Shown here: piece by piece, positions 13,601 through 22,850 of the stretch
How the letters are laid out: each line of letters starts with the position of its first letter
Position numbering within the stretch: the stretch's first letter is position 1
Sequence record: MK250019.1
Direction: 5' to 3' (one strand)
Length of the DNA stretch: 64,000 nt
Position numbers and translations under genes: made by a program
The notes under the pieces: generated by a model
The model's database searches: none
What the model saw: the letters and a program-made list of their open reading frames with translations, nothing else
Told to the model about the DNA's origin: nothing

Positions 13601-16039
13601 AATGCATATGATTATTACAATAATATATTTGTTAATCAGAGTGATGATATAACAACAGTTACAACAAAACCTATAAGTCTCGATATTATTCTTAATGAAT
13701 CAGAATTAGTTAATAATAAAGATTTTTATCATTATAATGCTAAAGGTACTTATATGACTAATAGTGAAACTAATACATTATTTGATAGTATTAATAAAAA
13801 TGGAGATTATCCAATTTATCCATAGACATATAGAATATATGATATTGATCCTATTGTAGATAGTCCAAATACTATAGAATATGATAATATATCTTATGCA
13901 ATAGATACACCTAAACCAGGAAACTTTATTATATTTAATAACTTTACAGAACAAGTTTTAAATATAACAAAAACTAATGATATATATAAATTTACATTAG
14001 TTGATGAAAGTCCTAATAGAGAAATTTTACAAAATTCATCTCATGTAGGATTATGTATATATGATTGTATACAAAAAGATATATTAGTTGATATATATCC
14101 GTTTGAAGTACAAAAATTCTATACATTTGATTCTTCAATAGTAGATTCATCATATTATCGTTTTGATGCAAATAATTCTTATATAACAGTTAAAGACACA
14201 TCTAATATGTTAAATGCTAGCGCATTTAAAGATATTTATGAAAAATCAATTGAATCCTCTGTTAATTCATCAATTAATTCATCTGCATTTTTTACAAATT
14301 CTATAAATGCATATGTATATACTGCTAATGAACATGTATTTGAACCAAATGATGAAATAATATTAGATACATCAAACTTATTATCTTATATTCATACATT
14401 TAATAAAAAACAGTATTTCATGAAGAATTAGGTTATCAAAATTTGTTATGCAGATGAAACAGTCATACATAATGATTATACTGATAAAGCTATAGATAAT
14501 GAAACTGCATATCGTATTATTAATGTTAATCAAAATGAAGATAAAACATTTACATATACAATAAATGGTTTAATAGATCTTGATAAACTTAATAATAAGT
14601 TATATCATAATAATGCATGTAGAGATATGAGTACAGGTGGTAAGTTAATTACTAAAAAACCATATAAATTAAAAATGTGTCCAGCACATTTAAGAGCTGC
14701 ACAGTATGTATTACGTGTAAATGGTTATGGTGAGGAATTTACATCAAGATATAACAAAGGTGTAGTTTAGAGAACAACTGTAACATATGATCCTAAATCA
14801 TTATTATTTGATAGTTATCTTGATACAACTTATTCTGCATAGATATTTGATTATGATCCTAAATTATTATAGAATATATGGATAAATGCAAAACTTCAAT
14901 ATGAAGATGAAGCACTTTATATCTATAGAGATAAACCTGTTACAATATCAAAAGGTAGAAATATTATATTAAGACCTGATACTTCATAGAATATATTATC
15001 TGAAAAGTTTAATGGTATAGATGTACCATTAAGAATTCATTGGAATTGGAAATCTTATATTATAGATGATCATGAAACATTTGAATCAGAACAAGGTTTA
15101 ATAGATAAGCAAGTTGTATTTAAATCTGCAAATAAAATATTATCGATTAAACCAGAATTATTAGGTTCTCAATCGCCTAATATGATATGTTGTGATGTAT
15201 ATGGAAATCGTGTTATAAATGAAGCAGATGGATTTGTATATGTAGATGCAGATGGAAGTAATAATACTGTTGGTAAATTCGAAGAAGGTACAAGAAATAT
15301 TATGTATAAAGATGTATTTATTGTTGGTTTTGATGTATAGTTTAGTCCATTAAATACATTATCTACATATGGAGAAACTGCAACATATACAATAAGTGAA
15401 ACTGGTTCTTCAAATGAAAATACAAATAATATATCATTTAAATATAAGATATATTATAGTGATGGTACTATTGTTGAAGATAAAGGATGTAATTGTAATT
15501 TACTTACATAGAAAGGAAATGTTTCTAAAACAAATAAGGTTAAATTTACAGTTAAAGAAGCAACAGAATCACATAAATCTAAAGTTGGTGAATTACAATG
15601 TAAATTAACTATTGATAAAAAATCAGATAGAGATATTATTCAACATGAACAAATTCATACATTAGATATTAAACAATATGGTACATCAATAACAACAAAT
15701 ATATATGATTTATCATTTAATGTAAAAGATATTCCGTCAGAAGGATTAGATAATATAGAAGAATATATTATTAGAGATTATATTAAAGATATAAAATATA
15801 CATTAATAAGAAGTGAAGGTGAAATAGAATAGATAGAATCGCCAACATTTGAAAATTCAATGTTAAAAATAAAAGGCTTTAAAATAATTCATAATCAACG
15901 AGGAATAACCAATAATATACCGGAAAACAAATCAGGTAGAAAAGAGATAGGTATTTTACAATTAACAGTATAGTTTAATGTACATGGTATTTAGAATGAT
16001 ATAGAAACAACAGGAATGTGTTCTATATATCAATTATAA
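10625..16039 (+). CDS. Very large baseplate/tail structural protein (1804 aa), probable gp7/P2-gpI-like wedge
   Basis: Track ORFs 10625, 12551, 13556 and 14207 share a frame. Read directly to about 12500 with only TAG interruptions; the rest inferred from frame concordance. YVGTYKALMGAIKFLGY resembles the gp7/gpI motif. TAA at 16037. Confidence 0.7.
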
Positions 16040-16040
16040 T

Positions 16041-16082
16041 AAAAAAGACTGAAGGATTTTGCGATTATCCTTCAGTCTTTTT
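16041..16082. terminator. Bidirectional intrinsic terminator between convergent genes
   Basis: AAAAAAGACTGAAGGAT...ATCCTTCAGTCTTTTT perfect stem. Confidence 0.85.
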
Positions 16083-16778
16083 ACTTTCTTCAAATTTCTT
16101 TCTATATATTTCTTTTTTCCAGTCTTGTACTTTTAATGTAGTATCTTTAGTTGAAGTTTCACGTAAATCCATATTACTTTCATTATGAGATTGCTTTACT
16201 TCTTCATATGTAACTTGCTATGGTTCCTGATTTGTTATAGTTGGTTTTAATTTACGATTAACTCCATTATCTTCAGCAATAAGGTCTTCATCCTCTTTAT
16301 GTTGAAGATCAAGATATGTATCAATATAGTATTTTCTAAATTGATTTTGCATTTCATTAATCTGTTTATTAAAATCTTTAGCAATAGACATTAATTTTGT
16401 ATATGAATCAAATAATTTTGCAGATGTATCTCCTTTTGAAATTGTATCCATAATTACTTTAATCATAACATTATTCATGCTCTACTGATAGTAAAGTTGA
16501 CCAAGCTAATCAGCATCCTATAATATTTTATCTTTAATAATAGGATTTTCCTAATATGCAGCAGGTACAATTGTATTAACAATCTATTTAACTGATTTTA
16601 AAGCTTTCGCAGTATCTGCAGACATTACTTCTTCATGTTCAACAACAAATATCGGATCCGGTTCTTGAAGCTCATCAGGAATATCTGTATCTATATCATT
16701 AGCATCATAATTTCCTGGTTGTGATGAAGCAGCTGCAGCTAAACTACCTAACTAACTCGCTATATCTTTTGCTTTCAT
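16065..16778 (-). CDS. Hypothetical protein, possible terminase small subunit (T4 gp16-like)
   Basis: TAG-recoded frame from ATG 16778 (MKAKDIASQLG). The segment DTISKGDTSAKLFDSYTKLMSIAKDFNKQ resembles the gp16 helix pair. The ORF is solid; the function is tentative. Confidence 0.4.
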
Positions 16779-16799
16779 TTTTCTTTAATTAAATTATTT

Positions 16800-17897
16800 T
16801 TAAACTAATGTAGATATAAACTTTTGCATATTCTTATATGTATGTAAATATTTTGGAGCAATTTTTTTATATACATAATGCATGTAGTAATCATTAATGA
16901 ATGCACTTAATTTTGTTCCAAATGTTTTATAATCAACAGTATCTGTAAAATAGTTTATATAATTCTTATCAAATAAATCATTCATCTATTTAATTGTTTT
17001 ATCAGATGGATTACATTCATTTAATGTATTTGTTATATAATAAAATAATTTTATAGGTTCTTGTCCACATAATCCATTTATTGCTTGCGAATAATTACCA
17101 AATGTTTTATATACAATAGCATAACTGTAAATAAAACATGCATAATCATTATTATTTAATGCAGGTGTTTTTATATATTTTAATATATCATCTTTTGTTG
17201 CATTTGGATTCTTCTTTGTATATGTCATCATATTTTGAACAAATGAATGATACCATGCATTTAATTCAGTTGGTTGTGAAACATAAAGAAAATTCTTTAA
17301 TGATTTATATGTTGTATCCTTCTTTAATAATGCTTCTTTTGTTTTTTCTTTAAATACTTGATTGTTAATATCAAATTCATCAGCTATTAATGTAATATGA
17401 AGTAATTCTTTTAATGGACCTCCAAATACACCCATTATATTATCATAATAATGTCTAAGTTCATGATATACATATTCTTTAAGTTCATCTGTTAATTCTT
17501 CTTTATTACCGGTATAACCTTTAAAAGTATTATAGTTAATATAAATATAACCACAATTATTTTTCTTTTTATCTACTGTAGAATCAACAGGTGAATAAAA
17601 TGCAGCTTCATCATCGTCAATAAATCCTTGAAATTTATAAGATGTATTAACTTTATCTGTATTTATATTAACTAATATAACTTTAATAAAACCTAATTTA
17701 GGATTATCTAAATCAAATGTAAATGTATGATAGAGAAAGCCTTCAAGATCTTTCACATTAGGTTTACCTTTTACTTCATAATTAGTATCCCAATGAATAT
17801 CAGAAGATGTCATAAATTCAACCATTGAATTTACAACATTATCTAAATTAAATTGTTTCTAATCGATATATCCTATTTTTTCTGTAATTGATTTCAT
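16800..17897 (-). CDS. Putative zinc metallopeptidase-like protein (HExxH), 365 aa
   Basis: YVYHELRHYYD motif. Track ORFs 16986-17825 and 16800-16985 are joined through one TAG; the frame extends to ATG 17897. Confidence 0.6.
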
Positions 17898-17940
17898 AAT
17901 AATTAACTTTATTTATAATGTATTTATTTCTATTAAAAAG

Positions 17941-17981
17941 AAAAGAGATAACAGAATAATGTATAAACTGTTATCTCTTTT
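17941..17981. terminator. Intrinsic terminator hairpin
   Basis: AAAAGAGATAACAG...CTGTTATCTCTTTT. Confidence 0.75.
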
Positions 17982-17992
17982 ATATCGTATTA

Positions 17993-18309
17993 TTACTTCA
18001 ATAATTTTAGATGTCTTACATAATTTTGAGGAATCTTATAACATGCAATTGCTGTTATTTGATTATTCAAATCAGGTTCTTTGAATACACTCATTTCTTC
18101 ATCTTTACTAATATATAATCTTCTTTTCATTTGATTAATGAAGTTATCAAGATCACATGATAAGTAAACTACTGTATCATTTTGCCATTCACTATTTGGA
18201 TGTTCAATCAGAAACTGCGCTATTGCATGTCCACCTTGAACTGCTCCATAAATAGGAACTAATTTATTACTTACTAAAACATAAAGTTTTTTATTTGTTT
18301 CTAATTCAT
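17993..18309 (-). CDS. Peptidyl-tRNA hydrolase II (Pth2)-like phage protein; start codon unresolved
   Basis: Open frame KKLYVLVSNKLVPIYGAVQGGHAIAQFLIEHP...WQNDTVVYL...FKEPDLNNQITAIAC matches the Pth2-like pattern. No in-frame ATG; the nearest ATG (18309) is one frame off. Confidence 0.6.
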
Positions 18310-18345
18310 GTGGAACAAATTGTTTTTTTTTTATTAATGATTTTT

Positions 18346-18732
18346 TTAATTATTAATTTTACTTTCCTCATAATTAGAAGCTTTATATTTTTTTATTAAT
18401 TGCTGTATTCTCTTATAAAGATAATAATATTCATTAGTAAATGTTTGATATGAAAACATATAATGTTTTTTATATGTTTCATTACAGTATACTAAATATT
18501 TTTTTTGTTCATCTAAATTAAGATTATGTTTAACAATATAATATGCAACATTTATTGCATGTATATCTTCTAATGTTTCTTCTAACTTAGATTTAGCATT
18601 ACTTGTTTCTTCAAGATTATAATTTTCATCTTTTGATGATCTATTAGCAATTAATTTTAATTCTTTTCTTTTTGCTATTTCAGATTTAAGATATTTCTTA
18701 AATTCAATTAAATTTTCATTAAGTGTTTTCAT
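18346..18732 (-). CDS. Hypothetical protein (128 aa) upstream of the Pth2-like gene
   Basis: Clean ORF, ATG to TAA. Confidence 0.7.
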   Translation of the reverse strand: MKTLNENLIEFKKYLKSEIAKRKELKLIANRSSKDENYNLEETSNAKSKLEETLEDIHAINVAYYIVKHNLNLDEQKKYLVYCNETYKKHYMFSYQTFTNEYYYLYKRIQQLIKKYKASNYEESKINN

Positions 18733-18876
18733 TTTCTTCTTTAATTTGTTTTATTTTTATAATAGTGTAATAATTATTTTAAATCAAAAATAAACAAATT
18801 AAAGGTGAACCTCTACTTAATGTAACTTACCAATGTTGAAGTTTCATAATTTTCTTTTTATCATTTTTTTAAAATT

Positions 18877-18966
18877 AGTAGAATGATAGAATTTGATTCG
18901 CACAAATTTTCCTGTCTTTGAGATCTCTACACAGATTTTATCGATTATTAAACTACTATCTCTACT
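18877..18966 (-). ncRNA. Degenerate tRNA-like structure
   Basis: Terminal stem AGTAGAGATAG/CTATC(AT)TCTACT, T-arm-like AATTTG-TGCGAAT-CAAATT and D-arm-like GTTT-AATAATCGAT-AAAA. The anticodon arm is non-canonical. Confidence 0.35.
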
Positions 18967-18984
18967 TCTGTTTGCAAACCATTG

Positions 18985-19056
18985 TGCTCTATACAGGGAT
19001 CGAACCCGTGATCTGGAAGTTTAAAATTTCCTGCTGTACCGCTTAGCTAATAGAGC
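18985..19056 (-). tRNA. tRNA with UUA anticodon (ochre/amber suppressor-type)
   Basis: GCTCTAT/ATAGAGC acceptor, GCT-AAGCGGTAC-AGC D arm, GGAAA-TTTTAAA-CTTCC anticodon arm, ACGGG-TTCGATC-CCTGT T arm, discriminator A. No encoded CCA. Confidence 0.85.
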
Positions 19057-19133
19057 AATTAAAAAATAATCATTACTTCTAATAAAATAATGTAATGATT
19101 ATTTTATTTTTAAAAATTAAACACTGTTTATTA

Positions 19134-19313
19134 TTACTTTGTCTTTGAAGCCTCAATAGACTCCTTACGGAATGTCTTAAGCAACTTCTCAATTGCAAGA
19201 GAAGCCTTACGTGCACGCTGACCAGCTGCCTTATTACCCTTCTCTGTCTGTGCAGTTGCATCTGCCTGGAAAGCTGCAAATGCCTCATTAATACTTGTCA
19301 AAATCTCATTCAT
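19134..19313 (-). CDS. Histone H1-like (Hc1-family) nucleoid protein, Bacteroidetes type, 59 aa
   Basis: MNEILTSINEAFAAFQADATAQTEKGNKAAGQRARKASLAIEKLLKTFRKES. The GNKAAGxRARK signature is present. Missed by the track, which shows another frame. Confidence 0.85.
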   Translation of the reverse strand: MNEILTSINEAFAAFQADATAQTEKGNKAAGQRARKASLAIEKLLKTFRKESIEASKTK

Positions 19314-19329
19314 AATTGTTTTCTTAAAA

Positions 19330-19539
19330 TTAATTTTTATTTATGATTTTATTATTCTCCCATGTTTTGCTCCAATTTGCATCTGTTTTTAAATGTTGAA
19401 AACGAACATATTTACCTACATTCTTATCAAAATCATTATAATTAAAACTATCTGCATTTCGTACTACAAAACCTTCAACTTCTTGCAATTTATGTAAATC
19501 ACAATAATCAGAGAATGCTTTAATAATATTCTTAATATT
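19330..19539 (-). pseudogene. RNA ligase fragment 3 (C-terminal part)
   Basis: NIKNIIKAFSDY...EVEGFVVRNADSF...VGKYVRFQH...W: nucleotidyltransferase motifs IV and V. Confidence 0.85.
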
Positions 19540-21026
19540 AAATAATTCACTTATAACATATATAACTTTAATATTATATATGACATATATATGATTTGTC
19601 TGAAGTGAATCTAGAAAACTACAGATTAAACTAATCTATAGAAAGTCTATATTTAATTTTAGACTTTTTGAAGAAGTAATATAGTTCAATCAAATCCTTG
19701 TATGTAGGTTGTAAATTAAATTCTTCCAACGACTCAAGATACAACTTATTAAACATACTCAAATTCGGTCTTATTATATTCTTTTTAATTTCTTTTGTTT
19801 TACTTATATATTGATTATAAAACTCATAACCACGCCTACCTATTTCTATTGATGCTAATATCATATCAGGTAAATTTAATGAACGATATAGAAAATTACC
19901 AATAAAACTTGAATATTCTGGTTTAACTTTTAATAACTTAATATTATGAATATTACAACGTTTAGTTAAATTATTCACAAATGTTGTTCTACACCATGAA
20001 TTATTAACCAATTTATTAAAATATACACCTAAATCTTTATCTGAAGTTTTGATATTTAAATTCTCTATAGAAATAAGTTGACATTTATAATATATAGATT
20101 TATTAATTATATTCTTTACAATTTGTAAAGTCTCATAATTTCTCTTATCTGAAATATATTTTCTTTCATTTGAATCAGATGAATATCCTTTATTCTTTAA
20201 ATTAAAATCTTTATCATTCAATTTTTTAATTGAATAAATACCTGATTTGATAACATCAAATTCATTTTCAGATTTCCAATCAACAATAGACCATCCTATA
20301 TAATTAGGATTTAAATCCAAAGATAGTACTCTATTTTTTATAAATTTAGTTTCATAATTATAAACATCATTTTCTTCAAATATCACATAAATATATTCTA
20401 AATCTAATTTATATGCAATCTTTATTTCTTTTCTTTCTTGTTTCTAATATAGTTTAGATAATATCTACTTTCTTTTATTTAATCCAATTAACCATAAATT
20501 TATTTTTGTATGTTTATTTGGTTTAAATATAATATTTTCTAAATCTTGTTCTATGTGAAATTTTCTATTTCCTTTAACTGATTTATTAACTATTTCACCT
20601 ATTGAATATAAAGCCGATAATCTTTTCTACTTAAACTATTCTTTTGAAATATTGTTCTTTAATCTCTAAAAATAATTCTTCTTACTGCCAAATATAATTT
20701 TCTATTTCTTTGGTATATCATAGAAAGAACATTGAATAAACCAACTATCTAACAAATATATATTGTTTAATGTTTTTATTTGTTGTTTTATATCTTTCTA
20801 AGATTTACCTTCCTATACTCTATTGTATACAAAATGCTGTACAGAACTATACTATTTCATATAATTCCGTATAATATCTAATGATTGTTCATCCGTTCGA
20901 TATTTAATCTTTAATACTTGCATTTTTAATTGTATATAATATTATATTCTTTTATTATTTATCTGAATAATTTTAAAAAATAATAAATTCTTATAAAATA
21001 TAAATTATAAGGTATTATTATATTTT
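19540..21026 (-). mobile_element. TnpB-only IS200/IS605/IS607-superfamily element #2 inserted in the RNA ligase
   Basis: Lies exactly between ligase codons ...GGC GTG TAT and AAT ATT AAG. Carries one RuvC nuclease gene and no tnpA. Ends are uncertain by a few bp. Confidence 0.75.
19574..20923 (-). CDS. tnpB: TnpB/Cas12f-like RuvC nuclease (449 aa) with 11 in-frame TAG
   Basis: MQVLKIKY start at 20923. RuvC-I VLSLDLNPNYIGWS, RuvC-II ISIENL, KVKPEYSSFIG, RuvC-III PDMILASIEIGRR. Stop TAA 19574. Confidence 0.8.
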
Positions 21027-21236
21027 ATACACGCCTCTGTATATTTCGTCTACTATTTTGATATTATTTTTTTCACAAAATGAAACTGTTTTATCCCATG
21101 ATAAACAATTATTTTTATCATCGTATATAGAAAAACATTGAAACAATTCATTCACATTTTTAAATGTATATGATATAGAATGTTTTGCCTGCATGTTTTC
21201 ACCACATACTCGATAACCGTCAGGAATTAAATAACA
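21027..21236 (-). pseudogene. RNA ligase fragment 2 (middle part)
   Basis: CYLIPDGYRVCGENMQAKHSISY...FSIYDDKNNCLSWDKT...VDEIYRGVY: motif III (GE) and IIIa region. Confidence 0.85.
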
Positions 21237-22605
21237 GTATGTTAAAACTTGAACAAATTTGAACTTTGCTCTTTATTAACTTCTTGCTTCACTCTATCAC
21301 TACTTTTTAGGTTCATTTCTGAACGGTCATCCATAGTTGGATAGTCCACAAGCTTAAATTCGGGTGTACTGCACCCTATTATTCTTAAACCTTCATCAAG
21401 TATATTTAGTGCTGCATTGTAATCTCTATTAATAAGTTTACCACAATTAGGACAGGTCCATTCTCTATCACTCAATTTTAATTTCTTAAAAATATAACCA
21501 CAACAGTTACATGTTTTACTTGATGGATAAAATCTATCTACAAATACTATCTTTCTGTTATACCATCTTGCTTTATACTCTAATATTCTTCGGAATTCAC
21601 CAAAATTCATTTCTAAAATACTTTCAGCAAGTTTATGGTTCTTAACCATACCTTTCACATTTAAGTCTTCCATACATATAACTTGGTTTTCGTCAATGAG
21701 TGAATTACTTACATAGTGAAGATAGTATTGTTTTCTATCATTTATTGTTTTATATACTTTAGCAAGTTTAATTCTTGCTTTATTTCTGTTGTTACTTCCT
21801 TTTTGTTTTCTTGAAAGTTGTTTTTGAAGTTTATTTAACTTAATTATCTCATTCTTTTTAAAATGTAAGTTATTGAATACTTCTCCTTCTGATGTGATGA
21901 TAAAATCTTTTACACCAAGGTCAATACCTACACAATTATCACTATCTTGTAATCCTTTATGTATTAAATCACCATCAACCAATATTGACAAATAATATTC
22001 ACCGCAAGGTAGTTTAGATAATGTTGTTTGTCTAATATTATCATGATGTTTTTGTAAATATTGTACATATTTTTTATTACATCTGAACTTAATATTCTTT
22101 ATATTAGCAAGAGATAACTAATATGTTGTATAATCATTCTTTCTTGAGATGGTACCGATTTCAAATCTACAGCTTTGTTTGTTATCATGTTTTGATTTGA
22201 ATTTTGGATACCCTGTATGTTGTTTAAAGAAACGTTTATATGCATCTAACATATCCATTATAGATTGTTTAAGAACTTTTGTATTCTGTTCTCTGAGCCA
22301 TATAAAATTATCATCTTTCAATAGTTCATGATGAAACCAATAACTGAGTGTAGATCTGTTTTCAGAAATATTATGTTCTTTATATTGATTTATTTTTCGA
22401 GCAAGTGTTTGATTATATACAAAACGACAACAACCAAGCAACTTATTAATTTGTGTTGCTTGTTCCATATTTGGGTATAATCTTATTTTTATTGCTCTTA
22501 ACATAATTTATTTTTTTGTTTATTTCTTTTTTCTCTTATTTATTTAAATAATTTTTATAAAAATGTACAATATTGTTCAAATTATTTATTTACTATTAAA
22601 TAACA
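21226..22605 (-). mobile_element. TnpB-only element #1 inserted in the RNA ligase, bounded by an 11-bp direct repeat
   Basis: TGTTATTTAAT (minus strand) at both 22595-22605 and 21226-21236, 1369 bp apart. Carries tnpB only. Confidence 0.85.
21242..22504 (-). CDS. tnpB: TnpB RNA-guided endonuclease (420 aa, one in-frame TAG)
   Basis: MLRAIKIRLYP HTH, GIDLGVK, ICMEDLNV, FYPSSKTCNCCG...CPNCG Zn finger, NRDYNAALN. The two track ORFs join through the TAG at 22118. Confidence 0.95.
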
Positions 22606-22848
22606 CCAATTTTGAATTATATATTTAACTTTTGATTGCCATGGATATGAACTTCCATCTATAGATCTTGCATGAATATATCCGTCATTATATACAGTGC
22701 AATTTTCACCATCCATTTTAACAGTAACTACAACTTCTTTAAACTTATTAAAATGCTCATCAGATTTAAGTTTATTATCATCATCTGTTGCATTAGGTGA
22801 GCATGGAAGATGAAATGTACGCGGATATTTTATATAAGTATTATCCAT
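22595..22848 (-). pseudogene. RNA ligase fragment 1 (N-terminal part)
   Basis: MDNTYIKYPRTFHLPCS...VTVKMDGENCT...HARS: motif I (KxDG) of Rnl2-like ligases. Confidence 0.9.
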
Positions 22849-22850
22849 AA

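Noticed and set aside
969-16478. Many short ORFs ending in TAG as separate genes or pseudogene fragments
   Set aside because: They are in-frame pieces of single genes once TAG is read as sense. No TAA/TGA was found between the pieces I read; the longest gene was only partly read.
19015-19031. Calling the tRNA Leu(UAA) or plain Lys(UUU)
   Set aside because: Shifting the loop by one base either way destroys the GGAA/TTCC stem pairing, and there is no long variable arm for Leu. UUA is the centred anticodon.
19079-19288. Track ORF MRHLQLSRQ...
   Set aside because: An alternative frame over the Hc1 gene (19134-19313), which has the recognisable family signature.
19300-21240. CRISPR-Cas12f locus (Cas14-like nuclease with an array)
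   Set aside because: No repeat-spacer array is visible on either side of the nuclease or elsewhere in the window. The flanks are RNA ligase coding sequence, which fits an IS-type insertion.
19540-22605. IStron (group I intron plus TnpB) splicing to restore the ligase
   Set aside because: The left ends are only ~90-100 nt of almost pure A/T, too short for a group I core. For element 1 no junction placement gives both a 5' exon ending in U and an intron ending in G. RT-PCR would be needed to exclude it fully.
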